From Octopus sinensis (taxonomy: Eukaryota): a stretch of 64,000 nt of DNA. The position numbers were made by a program, and so were the translations under genes. Shown in pieces: positions 38,613 through 52,672 of the stretch. The stretch is taken from NCBI RefSeq assembly GCF_006345805.1, contig NC_043007.1, positions 32,860,001 through 32,924,000 on the forward strand, read 5' to 3'. Position 1 is the first letter of the stretch; each line of letters begins with the position of its first letter. The notes under the pieces were generated by a model. The model had not been told where the DNA came from. It saw nothing but the letters and a program-made list of their open reading frames with translations, and did not search any database.

Positions 38613-39532
38613 GTATATATGTTATGTGTGTGTGTGTGTGTGTGCGTATATGTGTGCGTGTGTGTGTACGCATACATATATTCACATATATGTTATCTGA
38701 ATAAATAATATGTATAATACAACATAATATACATGCACGCGCAAATACTCCCTTTAATCTATGTTATGTAAGCGAAATGAACCGAAAACAAATCAAGGTG
38801 TACAGATCAAAATCAACTACATATATGTTTCAGAGTTGGGAAAACTTTTTTCTTATAGGTCTTCCTAGATAAGTTTGATTTGAGGTTAAGCAACAACAAC
38901 AACAGCAACAACATCTATAATACAAATGTGTACTGGACATTTTTTTGTACTTACTTATGCTCTTCACTCTCAATGGAACATAATTCATTGACGAATTTTT
39001 TCCACTGGTGCCTGTTTGGGGTTGTTTTTCCTGCTTCTCTCTAGTTGGATTGTTGCTTTTAAACTCTGCCTCATATTATCCTTAAAGGAAAACCTTCCTC
39101 TTCCAGATCTTTTTGGTTTTAAATAATTATCGATCCTTTTGTAACTTTGCTTTATTTTAGGAGGTTGGTATCGGCCCAACACAAACCCATTTCTACTTCT
39201 GGCAAGAGGTAGCCCATATTAATCTGGCTTCTATCCTTTGAATTATCCAGCATGTGAGGGCCCTACGGAGAGTTTGCATTCCGCTAGCATTGCTTCAGGA
39301 TCTCTGACGTACAGAACATCACACCCCAACAATGACTGGACCTTGTGGTACTCTTGTTTCTTCTTTAAACACAATCAATGCATCATTTATCGGTTTTGGA
39401 GACGAGCATTTCATCTGTTTGATCTTCCCAGGTTCATTCTGAAATCTCGCTTCAGCCTAAAGTCTTTCACTACTCTGAAGTTTCGCGTCACACTGGGTCT
39501 CGCGAGGCTGTTGTAAACAAAAAAGATTTTCT

Positions 39533-39946
39533 GGTTCTTTTCGGTTTGAACGGCAGTTTTTCTAGCGGTGTCATATGAAATTGTCACCCATAATTATGAC
39601 CCTAGAATCGATTTATTGCATTTCAATCTCTTTTAGGGTTAGGGTTAGGGGTGGGGGAAGGGTATTTTTTTTTCTTCACAAATGTAAATAAACCCAATCT
39701 GTTTCTTAAACGAGGGACATATTCATACGGCACAGAATGCTTTTTAACTCAATAGACGTCACTGATTGGTTGAAATTGCAGAAATTAAAGAAAAAAACAA
39801 CAAATATCTTACAAACTATAGAATTTTCTCAATAAAGCCAAGAGTAAAAGATGTTTTATAAACACATTCTATCAGTATACGAAATTTAACACTTTTTAGT
39901 TACCTAGAAATTATGTTAAAAACTGCCGTTCAAACCGAAAAGATCC
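39533..39946. mobile_element. MITE with 29-bp TIRs and probable 8-bp TSD (Merlin-like)
   Basis: gg(t/a)tcttttcggtttgaacggcagttttt TIRs at 39533-39561 and 39918-39946; flanks gattttct and gactttct match 7 of 8; internal ttagggttagggttagggg. Confidence 0.8.
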
Positions 39947-40659
39947 GACTTTCTTATGTTTTCACGCAGTAGAATAGAACCCAATTATAATTACTAAGCC
40001 GTGCATGCGCTTGTATTGTTTTACCACAATGTCATTCCTACAACACCACAACTGAAAGAAAAAAATTCTTTCCCCACAGCCTACAACGAAATATATTTGT
40101 GGTCATTCGAACATCCTTTAATGGCAGCTAATTCTCCATCATATCACGTCTTACATACTTTATGAAAAGTGAAGGTGTTTGGCCTGGTGGTTAAGGCGTC
40201 TGACACACGATCATACAGTCCTAGTTTCGATTCCTTAATGGGGCGGCATGTTTTGTCTTTGACCAAGGTACTTCATTTCCCGTTGGTACTGTCTAAGCTT
40301 AAAATAAGTATCAACCGGTGTGTTGATGTAGCCACTTCTGTCACATCCTGTTTGTGCCGCTGAGACAAGGGTATGACTCCCGAGTGTATGATCCATATCT
40401 GCTAGCGATTACATAAGCACTTGAAATAATTAGCTTATTACTAATCAGTACTCATGAAGCGGAGAAGGTCGGCCGTGAATAATAATGGAAATACAATTCG
40501 GTACAATCCCTTACATGCGCAAAAAAATCAGTGATCAATCCAGCATCTCAAACGTGCTAGTCTGGTGGTTTTGTTCATTGGAATTATTTTGGCTATATTA
40601 TCATTTTGTTGTAGAATTTACTTCCAGAAGCCACTGGCTCGAACTGGATCGAACAAGAT

Positions 40660-41105
40660 ATGATGTTAGAAAATTACTATTTTTAAATCTCACAATGAGA
40701 GATATTCAGCAACAGTACTTTGGAGTAAAGATTTTTTGCCAACATAACATGGCAGATCTGGTTTAGGACGAATGTTATGAGATTTAAAATAGTAATCTTC
40801 TAATTTATAAATCAGTGACTAGTTGTCACTTTGAAAACTATATATTTCGAACGGGAATTTGGCAGCGCCATCTCTAGTTAAACAATTATTCTGTGCTGAT
40901 GAAGGGAAATAATCTGGAAATCGCGATACACAGATATTGTCTTGAGTTGAGTGGGGCTGCTAGATTCTTTTGTTCGAAAATATAAGGACACAGATCGTGT
41001 AGTATAGCCAGCTGGAGACGATGTCTCATGGGACTAAATTACAGCAACATTCGTCCTAAACCAGGACTGCCATGTTATGTTGGCAAAGAATCTTTACTCC
41101 AAGAT
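40660..41105 (+). mobile_element. pLTR-like repeat with inverted 5' segment
   Basis: Same family as 21690-22365. Inverted repeat 40720-40776/41046-41102 matches 54 of 57. Confidence 0.7.
40882..40940 (+). ncRNA. type I hammerhead ribozyme motif
   Basis: acaat-tat-tctgtg-CTGATGA-agggaaataatctg-GAA-ATCGCGAT-A-cacaga-t-attgt; perfect 6-bp stem I plus extension, weak stem II. Confidence 0.65.
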
Positions 41106-41252
41106 ATGAGGTGCCTGAAAGCAATACCTGTTGGTCGCGGATAGTACTATACAAAAATAACAACAGCTTATCTTCATAACTCTACTACAACGACAACTGC
41201 ACCTGCCGCTGCTACTGCTACTACAACTACTACTGCTGCTGCTGATGCTGCT

Positions 41253-41440
41253 GTTGTTGTTGTTGTTGTTGTTGTTGTACTTGTTAAGCAACAAGACGGG
41301 TAAGGGTGATTAGGTGATGGTCTAAGGCTTAGGGGCGGGAGACCCCAGACCTTGGAAAAAAAACTTTGGTCGTCTTGTAGTCGAGGGCTCTTCGTTGACG
41401 CCCGACACCACTGCGAGGTGGCCCTCGAAGTCGCTCGAAA
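41253..41440 (-). mobile_element. LINE-like 3' end with (AAC)n tail, second copy
   Basis: Homologous to 2250-2424. Confidence 0.55.
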
Positions 41441-41929
41441 TGCAGATCTTCAGGTCCAAATTCTTGAACGGCTGCTGTAGCTACCACTGTAGTGAAGACA
41501 ACAGCACTCAACAGCTACCACAGCAGAACATAAACACCTACAATAATAACAAACGCTATAATCACGACTACAACAACAACCTCAGCTGAAACAACAACAA
41601 CTACACAATCGCTATCATCACCAACAACAATAAACAAATACAGCAACAATATTTTGTGAGCCAAACGCAAGAAATAGCAGCTAAGTTACCCTCACATCAC
41701 GCTATAGACTCAAATGTAAACTGACGCATAGGACGATGTATTCTTCGATGAACTTAAAGTTGAACTAAAGTCGATGGGATAGTCGCAACCGGAACGCCAT
41801 TGATTAATAGCTATGTCAGCTTGATCAAAACTGACCTGACACTAAATAACAACAATAACAAGTACCTACTGCTTGTCTAAATACGTCGATTCGGGTAGAA
41901 CTAATTCAGATTTAGATTTAAGAAACGAC

Positions 41930-42000
41930 AATGGCCACTACCACCACCATCACCACCGCCGCCGCCGCTGCCACCACCACCATTACTACTACTACTACTA

Positions 42001-42052
<52 letters not shown>

Positions 42053-42277
42053 ACTGCTGCAGATGCTGCTGCCGCCACCACCATCACCAAAGCAACTACC
42101 ACTACTAATACTATTACTACTACACCCACTATTACTGCTGCCAACACCAACACCAACACCACAACTACCACAAACACCACCACCACCATCACAAACTACT
42201 ACTACTACTACTATTACTACAACTGCTGCTGCTACTGCAGCTGCCGTCACCACCACCATCACCAAAGCAACCACCAT

Positions 42278-42310
<33 letters not shown>

Positions 42311-42430
42311 GACTACTGCTACTACTACTACTACTACTATACCCACTATAACTGCTACCAACACCAACACCACCACTACCTCCACACCACCACCACTACC
42401 ACCACCACCACCACCACTATTACTACTACA
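41930..42430. repeat. (ACT/ACC/GCT)n trinucleotide mosaic
   Basis: Seen directly. Confidence 0.95.
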
Positions 42431-43347
42431 TTATTGATGGTGGCAGTTGTTAATTCGTCTCTTTTCTCGCACTGGCAGATTTGATGTGTTTGATTTAATT
42501 AACGATTAACTGATTAATTAACGTCATTGAACTGCAATCAAGATTGTTAAAGGTATCGTAATCGTTAAACATATTGGTCTGTCCTTTTAATTCAATTGGA
42601 TGCCGAAGCAGTTTGCCACGTTTCATCATTCTCAGAATATACTATCGAGACAATTTTAACTCATTAATAGATTCCACCTCTTCTAAACACATGAAACACA
42701 GAGCACTTACAGTTAATAATCGCTCGCCTGTCTCTTTTCTCATTCTTTTTCTTTACACGCACGCACGGACGCACGGACACACGGACACACGGACACACGG
42801 ACGCACGCAGGCACACATAGATACATGCACACGCTCATATACGAATGTATTCTTACCCTTTTGCCATTCGCTTTGACCTCTCTTAATCTGCCTTTCTTTC
42901 CCCCGCTTTCTCTCCTCTTTTGTGTCAGACATTTTGGTCACTTTAACACTGAGTAGTAAAAGTGTTGAAATGATCAGACGTGCTTTTTGCGACTGAGAAA
43001 ACATTTAGTAACGTAAATTGGAGCTAAACTGTAGACATACATATATTGTGGCTGCCCCTTCGTTGTCGAGTATGGCCATTGCACGAAGCTTAATCAATGG
43101 TGTTATCGTGCAATGGATTGAAACTTTCTAGGTCGAATCCTGTGGTCAATCGTGACTAAATGGGGTCTTTATTCCATTACACAGTGAGTGTGTGCGTGTA
43201 TACATGCTCTCCAACACACATACATTTCTTTATGAATATATATATTTGTGTGTGTGTGTGTGTGTGTGAGCGTGTGTGTGTGTGTAATCCATATATACAC
43301 ACATAGATAGATAGATAGAGAGATAGATAGATAGATAGATAAAAGCA

Positions 43348-43902
43348 TGGTGGCTGCCCCCTAGTTATCGAGTATGGCCATTGCACGAAGCCTAATCAAT
43401 GTTGTTATCATGCAATGCCTATGCAAGAAGATTTATTTTTAAGTGAGGAAAGGCAGTGCACTGAGTCAATCCCACTCACTAAGCAACAGCAGCCATAATC
43501 CGAAAAGAAGAACAAGTCAACATCATCGGTAACCACTGAGCCGCAGGTTTTATGTCGGAGTTATCCCAGTTACCTGAGTTACCTTCTCCTAGAAGGATGC
43601 CCTAACAAAGGCTAGGAGTCCTTCACTCCCAATGGTTTAACCACGCGATCGGACATTCAGTTCTAATGTTTCTATGTCCCCGCGCATGATACAACCTTAA
43701 AACATTTATTGGTTGGGCGTTGACTCTCAAGAGTTGCTCCGCCCTTTGACGGGTCTTGTTTTTCATCCCGCAGGGTGTCCAATATAAACACCCTCCTCAC
43801 CGAGCAAGCTTTGTGGGGTTGCCGGTTTAGTCGCCGACGACGCGACCATGCAACAGGTTGTACTGAGTTACATGTTACCAGTAGCAATCGAAAGTGACCT
43901 GA
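43348..43902. repeat. unclassified ~550-bp element, second copy
   Basis: Homologous end to end with 20311-20855. Confidence 0.8.
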
Positions 43903-43961
43903 CATGAACATACATACATACTTACATACATACATACATAATACATACATACATACATACA

Positions 43962-43992
<31 letters not shown>

Positions 43993-44042
43993 GACTGTCC
44001 TGGATTGAACATACGTAAATTGTAGAACATACGTAAGTTGTT

Positions 44043-44487
<445 letters not shown>

Positions 44488-44520
44488 ATACGGGATCCAC
44501 CAGTTATTGAATACATACCA

Positions 44521-45145
44521 TACCAGTGGCCTTGCGTGTAAAAGTTTAGTCAATAGACTATATATTATTCATATAAATACAGTGTACATTTAAACACCTA
44601 AGAGGTATCCATCATAAGACTCCTTGCACGCTAGAGAGAACAGTTAATTTCCAAACCAGTATTAGGGATAAAATTTCGAAAGGAATGAAAAATAAAAAAC
44701 ATTTTTACATTCAGGCCATTGTAATTTTTACACGCTAGGTCACTGGTAATGGAAATTTTATTATTTCTGATTACCCTTTGATAATTTTCTCTGGATAATT
44801 TTCGAATTGAAAAGCCAGCATTTTTATTTACTGCCGACAAGAAGTTGCGCTTGCGCGGTAGATTTGGAAAATTAGAATGTATAAGCACAGGTCATATATT
44901 GGAATGCATTGTGTGTATATTTTTAATCTAAGGTGGAGCTGCTGAAGAAGACTTCGCCTAGCAAATTATTTTATTTGCTAAAAAAGTCTGAAACCATTGG
45001 TCCAGGAGTTAGATGGTGAATATTTTTATTTTTCATTCCCTTCGAAATTTTATCCCTAAGAGTGGTTTAGAATTTAACTGTTCTCTCTAGCATGCAAGGA
45101 ATCCTGTGATGGATGCTTCTTAGATGTTTAAATGTACACTGTATT
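44521..45145 (+). mobile_element. family E pLTR-like element with ~130-bp inverted arms
   Basis: Arms 44575-44705 and 45020-45145 are roughly 85-90% complementary and enclose a hammerhead; (TA)n follows. Confidence 0.75.
44926..45014 (+). ncRNA. type I hammerhead ribozyme, intact core
   Basis: CTGAAGA 44942-44948; stem II agact/agtct plus tagcaaat/atttgcta; GAAA 44990-44993; ACCATTGGT; GUC site ending 45002; stem I ctg/cag plus atctaa/ttagat. Confidence 0.85.
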
Positions 45146-45156
45146 TATATATAGTG

Positions 45157-45232
<76 letters not shown>

Positions 45233-45310
45233 CATATATATTACATACATATATATATATAATATTATATATATATATATATATATAATATAATATAATA
45301 TATATATATC

Positions 45311-45341
<31 letters not shown>

Positions 45342-45509
45342 CATTAATAATATCTAGCTGCACATATACATATATACTTATATGTCAGCATTAATGTTTT
45401 CTGTTTTCACATATATCATATATCTACTCCAACTAATTTAAATGGTGTTATGAATCGCATATACATATATCTAATTCATGTTTAATATATATATATATAT
45501 ATATATATG

Positions 45510-46310
45510 CAGGTGCGGTGAATAAACTCTCACCTAAATTACGCAAAAATGAAAATAACACTGACATCTCATATTAACGGATATATTTACCAAAGTTACA
45601 TAAAAATAACTTGAAATATAAAGAGTAAATTTATTCAAAAAGTTGCTATTGGCTTCAACCACGGCCTCCAGACGACTTCGGAATACCTTCAGCCCATCTT
45701 TGATGTTTCAAAGAGTTTTGTTTGTCTCTCGCTCAACTGCACCCCACACATAATAATCAAGGGGATTGCAGTCTGGGAAGTTAGGTAGCCAGATGTTAGG
45801 GTCGATGTTGTCGCAGATATTGTCTGACAGCCATGATTCTCCTGCTTGTGTGGCATTCTGCAGGGTTCTGTTGCCAGACATAGGATCTTCCGGCAGCCAC
45901 CCTCTCACCTAGGGCAGCACTATCTCTAGGCACTGGATGTATATGAGGCCGTGTGGGATATAAATGGAGGCATAACGTCGCCATCACTAGTGATCATTTC
46001 AAACACCATGATGTTGACTGGATGTTTAAATTTTATCACTCTCGGTACATGTCTTCAGATTGCATTGTCCTCAGATTGACATCCAAACACTCTGAAATAT
46101 ACGTATTGGACCCTCCAACGCGAATTCCAAGCTATACAGCATGTCTTTTCCAAGCTTCTGGCAGAATGAATTGCATGATGGCTCGGTTTTTTTCTCGCGG
46201 ATGGTGCCCAACTGACCCTACTATACTGTGAAGTCGACAAAATAAAAAACAAAGAATGCGCGTGCATGAATTTAAACTTATAAAATGGTGACCATTTACA
46301 CATCCCACTA
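45510..46310 (-). mobile_element. decayed, internally deleted DD37D (maT-like) Tc1/mariner element
   Basis: IMVFEMITSDGDVM, YVWQQ..CHTSRR and WLPNFPDCNPLDYYVWGAVERETNK across frames; degenerate TIRs. Confidence 0.75.
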
Positions 46311-46335
46311 TATATATATATTCGTCTTGGTATAT

Positions 46336-46411
46336 GTTTGGCTGAAGAAGGTAAAGCAAAATATGGGTGAGAGACATATCTTGCAAAACCTGAAACCTGC
46401 AGGTACCACAT
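46336..46411 (+). ncRNA. type I hammerhead ribozyme, intact core
   Basis: tgg-CTGAAGA (46342-46348); stem II aggt/acct plus gcaaaatatg/catatcttgc; GAAA 46392-46395; perfect palindrome ACCTGCAGGT; GUA site ending 46405; cca. Lies in a (TA)n-flanked segment 46320-46600. Confidence 0.82.
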
Positions 46412-47021
46412 TATCCATTTTCCGGGTGTTTCATCTTTCAGATGTTCTCCCTGGAGGTAAGACGGTTTTTTTTCTCTATTTTGTTGCACACACGCATTTT
46501 TGCTAATACATACGCGGTGAAGCTACACATTAGCGTCGTATTTTTACGTTCGATTTCCAGTAAATATCGGTACTTAGTTGTGCCATTTATTTAAACTATT
46601 TGTGTATATTATATATATATATATATAATATATATATATATACTATATATATATATATATATATAAAGACATACAACGGGTTTCCACACTGTTTTCGTTT
46701 ATCAAGTCCACTCACAAGGAAAGTATTAGTCATCTCGGGGCTATATTAGAAAATATTTGATCAAGGCGTCATGCGGTGGGACTGAACCCCAAACCATTTC
46801 ATTGTAAATTGAGCGTTTTAACCCCAGGGCCATGCTCACGCATCTTTTAGCAATACTGAGGCGCTCTTTCTCTGTGCGTGGGTCTGCAAAATTTTTTTTA
46901 TAGATGTAATGGAATCTACTTGATTGATGTGAAATTTATTGGCAAACTAGGTCAAAATGTGCGCAAGATGCAAGTCCTTTTTTAAGTGGCATTATGATGG
47001 AAACATCAAGGCGGTGAGCGA

Positions 47022-48545
47022 GTAGAATCGTAACTGCGCCGGGAAAAATACTTAGCGGTATTTCATCTGACTTCATGTTCTGAGTTCAAATTCCACCGAA
47101 GGTCGACATTGCCTTTCATTCTTTCGGAGTCGGTAAAATTAGTACCAGTTGAGTACTGGCGTCGATGCAATCGACTATCCTCCTTCCCCCAAATTTCAGG
47201 TCTTGTGCCTATAGTAGAAATGATTATGATGGAAACATTATTCTTAGCTAATTTCTTGTGAAGAAGAAAAAAAGAAGGGGCTTAAATTTTTCCCGTATAT
47301 GAACACAAATCACAACATACATTCTTCATTTAAATGAAATACTAACTTCAAATTTTGGCACAAGGCCAGCAATTTAAAGGAGGTGGTAAGTCAATTATGC
47401 CGATCCCAGTACTCAACTAGTACTTATTTTCTATACCCCCACCAAAAAAAAAAAGAAAAAAAATGAAGGGCAAAGTTGGACTCAATGCAATTTGAACTCA
47501 GAACGTAAAGGCGGACGAAATTCCGATAAGCATATCACCCAGTGTTAACGATTCGACCAGCTCACCACCTGCATTTAAAGAAATAGTGTTTTCAAATTTT
47601 GGCACAAGGCCAGTAATTTTAGCGATTGAGTAAGTCAATTAAATCAACCTCAGTGTTCAACTTGTACTTATTGTATTGAACTCGAAAGCATGAAAGACAA
47701 ATTCGACCTTGGTGAGATTTGAACTCATAATGTAAAGACGCTAAGCATTTTGCCCAGCAGGCTACCGATTTCGCCAACTCGCCGTTTTCATTTAAATAAA
47801 ATATTAGCAATTTATTCTTTATTGCACCCAAGGGGCTAAACATAGAGGGGGCAAATAAGGACAGTCGAAAGGAGCAAGTCGATTACATCTACCCCAGTGC
47901 ATAATTGGTACTTATTTAATCGACCCTGAAAGGATGAAAGGCAAAGTCTACCTAGGCGGAATTTGAACTCAGAAAATAGCGTGAGACGAAATATCGCTAA
48001 GCAATTCGCCCGGCGTGCTAACGATTCTGCCAACTCGCTGCTTCCAGTTAAAAAAAATATAAGCTATTGTGTGATAATCAACAGTGGTCATATCTGCCAA
48101 AATTGTTCCTTTGTTACAGATTCTAAGGGTACCAGAAAGTGAAAGAGACATTGGTAACATGTGACTGACGTAGCGGTACGTCTGCTGCTACGTTCTGAGT
48201 TCAAATTCCGCCTAGTTCGATTCTGCCTTTCATCCTTTCGGGGTCGATTAAATAAGTACCAGTTACGCACTGGGGTCGATGTAATCGACTTAACCCGTTT
48301 GTCTGTCCTTGTTTGTCCTCTCTGTGTTTAGCCCCTCGTGGGTAGTAAAGAAATAGGTATTTCGTCTGCCGCTACGTTCTGAGTTCAAATTCTGCCGAGG
48401 TCGACTTTGCCTTTCATCCTTTCGGGGTCGATTAAATAAGTACCAGTTACGCACTGGGGTCGATGTAATCGACTTAACCCGTTTGTTTATCCTTGTTTGT
48501 CCTCTCTGTGTTTAGCCCCTTGCGGGTAGTAAAGAAATAGGTAAC
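47022..48545. mobile_element. cluster of SINE family B copies in both orientations
   Basis: Plus: 47022-47220 and 48170-48545 (two tandem units). Minus: 47340-47580, 47590-47780 and 47820-48045. Confidence 0.8.
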
Positions 48546-48974
48546 ATGTGAATGACATGGACAAAAAAAAAGGAAAGAAAAAGTGAGAGAGAGAGAGAGA
48601 GAAAATAGAGTGGGAAAGAGTGGGAGGGAGAGAGAAAGAGAGAGGAAGATTGAAAGAAAGATAATGAGAGGCAGACCGTGAGTGATAGAGAGAAAGGAAC
48701 TATGGTGGTGAGAAAAAGAAGGTAAACGCAGAAAGAGATTGTGTGTATGTGTGTGAAACAGAAAGAGAAAGAGGAAAAGAGGGAGATATAGACATGGAAA
48801 AGACAAAGGAGATTGACTGGAAAAACAAAGGTAGAGAATAGTAAAACAGATTTAGTACGAAGGTAGGAAAGTAGAAACAAACGAAAGGTAGATTAAAAAA
48901 AACCCGGAAAGACAAGGAATTCGTATTCGCGCAAATACGTACATACGCATTCACCCACACCCACTTTCTCTCTT

Positions 48975-49033
<59 letters not shown>

Positions 49034-49269
49034 CACACACGCACACACACACAAACACAACTTTCTCGTGCAGGTGTGCGTGTGCTCGGCAGAGTGCTGG
49101 CTTCCGGTGTTTCGTATAAATTTTGTTCATATCCGGTAAGAGGTTCGATAAACAAAGTTCGTTCAAATAAGCATCACATTCATAAATAAATATTGTGGTC
49201 ACGATGGTCACTATGATCAAACCAGCACATGACCGCATTCAAGTCAAGTACCTGAAATAATAAGAGGGC

Positions 49270-49318
<49 letters not shown>

Positions 49319-49440
49319 ATATATATGTGTGTATATATATATACATATATACATATATTTATATAATATATAATATATATATATATACATATACATACAT
49401 ATGTATATATTTATTTATATATATATATTCTATATTACAT

Positions 49441-49473
<33 letters not shown>

Positions 49474-49582
49474 CATACATAATATACACATACATATATA
49501 TACACATATATATATATATACATACATATATATATATATACATACATATATATAATATAGCTATATATATATATATATATAT

Positions 49583-49621
<39 letters not shown>

Positions 49622-50235
49622 CACACACACACACAACACATATATATATATATATAATTGTATACATATATACATATATATATACATACATACTTACATA
49701 TGTATGCATGTATATTGTACATATGCAGACGACGTTATTGATGCGCATGTCAGCACTTTTTCTCCGGGCCCGTTGTATATTTAGCGAGCTCTCCGTCAAC
49801 ATTAAACAGATGAAACAAACTGTCATATTTCCTCCAAGCTTCCTTCATGTGCCCATTACACAGGCTCTGTACACAGTTTTCTTATAAATGATTTTTTACT
49901 TTAACCTAGCAGGCACGCAAGCCAGAGCATGTGTATTCACTCACGTATGCAAATATGTACAATAATATGCGTACTAAAAGGTACGTACTTCAAAAGCTTA
50001 AGAGCACATTCAGACACACACACACACGCACACACACACACACACGCACACACACACACACACGCACACACATATGAATTACTTGAATGTATGTTCAATG
50101 AAAAATACAAGAATCCACACACAGGCGCGCACACTGAAGCACAGACACGCACAAACATACACGCGCGCAATATAAACATATGAGTTTGGATGTGTTGTTA
50201 TGGCTGTATGTGCGCATGTAAGTGTATATATGTAA

Positions 50236-50266
<31 letters not shown>

Positions 50267-50557
50267 ATATATATATATCTATATATATATATATATTTAT
50301 ATATAAAATTGCATGTATGTGTATATATATATATATATGTGTGTGTGTAATTAGATACATATATATATATTGTATGTATGTGTATATATGTGTGTGTGTG
50401 TATATATATATACATATATAACATATAGATACACATACTCAATATATATATGCTATATATATAACATATATAGATACATATATTTTTACATATATTTATG
50501 TATATATGTATGCATATTTACATATATATACATACATACTACATACATATATATAAT

Positions 50558-50602
<45 letters not shown>

Positions 50603-51519
50603 TATAATATATATAATATATGCATTTGTATACAGAAATATATATATACACTCATATATATAGAGAGAGACATATCCATTTCATGAGTATCTATGTATTA
50701 GTCTCTGTATTTCCTCGTGTGTATGCGTGCTTGTGCGCTCTTGTTCTTCCGCTTGTAAGTACGTTTACATTTCTTGTCCTCTACACCTATCATTCTTGCG
50801 CTTGTTATTATTGTTGTTTGTAGCTTGAAGCGATATGAATGTTTTCACCATCTTACTGACTTCAATCACATCTCTACAGAAGCGTGCTTTACCATCCTAC
50901 CCACCCCCACCACCAATGACAACTTTCTTTATAACCGGTTGTGGCAAATAGATAACCTCTTCCGAAAGACACACACATACATACACCACTACAGTTCAAC
51001 AGCTTCACCAGCCAACCAACCAACCAGTCAGCTAAACAAACAAACGGCCAACAAGCTAATCGCAACTCACCGTTTACAAACACGAGAGTGCAAGCCAAGG
51101 TGGTGAAGTGACTGCATGTCACGTGAGCCATTAGATACAGCAACGAAACCTCTTTCAAAATACACCTTAGTATCGTAAAATAAAGTCCACCTTAGAAAAT
51201 GTCTGCCGAAAAGAGGGGATGATCACGGTTGAAATACCTATAATTATTGGTCTGCTCGCTCAAGGTTCACATGGATTTAAACAAATAACGTTCTCTTCTA
51301 TCTTGAGTGGAAACAAATATACTAGCATACACATGTACACAATTGCAGCACCAATAAGTTTAGTACGATTATTATTAGATGTGAAGATTACTGTGGAAAC
51401 GCTTTGGGGTTTAGGTCTATTTTAATCAATATAGAATTGTGACGGGTCAAATTAAGGTGGTGGTCTCAATGAATTCGCTTAATTTAATAGAAATAGCAAA
51501 GAAATCCTTAGGTCACACT

Positions 51520-52273
51520 TTGTTGTCATATGATCGGAAAAGCTTATAAAAGTATTAACCATCTTACTAACAGTAACTCTGAGCACCTTTTCAAACTCCA
51601 CCTGTCTAACACTCGTGGACATGTTTACAAAGTCAGAAAACAGCACAGCTCCCATGAGTTTCGGAAACATTTTGTCACGCTAAGAGTTGCTGAAGTATGG
51701 AACAAACTGCCGGTATCAGTTGTTAGTTGTCGGAGCACTGCATCCTTCAAAACTTCCATGCTTCCTGAGATTCGCCAACACTACACCTGATTTTCTCCCC
51801 TCCATACACACGCAAGCATGTTTCTGACTCATACACTGTTCCCTTTCCAGACATTTGTACATTACTGCATATGCTTTATACGCATATGGTGCACCCGAGC
51901 ACTGAATACAAAAAGTATTAACCATCTTACTAACAGTAACTCTGAGCACCTTTTCAAACTCCACCTGTCTAACACCCGTGGACATGTTTACAAAGTCAGA
52001 AAACAATACAGCTCCTATGAGTTTCGGAAACATTTTGTCACGCTAAGAGTTGCTGAAATATGGAACAAACTGCCGGTATCAGTTGTTAGTTGTCGGAGCA
52101 CTGCATCCTTCAAAACTTCCATGCTTCCTGAGATTCGCCAACACTACACCTGATTTTCTCCCCTCCATACACACGCAAGCATGTATCTGACTCATACACT
52201 GTTCCCTTTCCAGACATTTGTACATTACTGCATATGCTTTATACGCATATGGTGCACCCGAGCACTGAATACA
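51520..52273 (+). mobile_element. tandemly duplicated 3' end of a CR1/L2-type LINE
   Basis: Two near-identical 363-bp units (51548, 51911) encoding NTRGHVYKVRK...RKHFVTLRVAEVWNKLP..VV...FK plus 3' UTR. Confidence 0.85.
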
Positions 52274-52285
52274 ATAATTTCATTA

Positions 52286-52672
52286 TCTTTATATATAAAA
52301 GTGAAGTTGTGTGCTGTCTGTCTCCTACGATTTAGATTCCTAACTACTCCCACATTTTGCGGTGCAGTTTAACCAAAACTGGGTATCTTATAGTCGTGAT
52401 TCATATCGAGCCCTTCTGGGTATTAGCGCGCGTCTACGATGAGTCTACGATTTAAAATAAATTACCATCATTTTTTTCCATTTTAATGCATTTTTTCGCT
52501 ATTATATAAGGGAAGTAACTCTCTAAAAATGTCTACGATGAGTCAACGATTTTTTAAAAAAATTACCATCATTTGTTTTCCATTTTTTGCTATTTTTTGG
52601 CTATAACTCTCTAAAAATGCTTATATAGTTATTTCCCTTACAAACCCGAGCAACGCCGGGCGATACTGCTAG
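52286..52672 (+). mobile_element. non-autonomous Helitron
   Basis: 5' TC (tctttatatataaaag), subterminal hairpin cccgagcaacgccggg at 52645-52660, 3' CTAG, inserted between A and T; internal ~100-bp tandem duplication. Confidence 0.85.
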
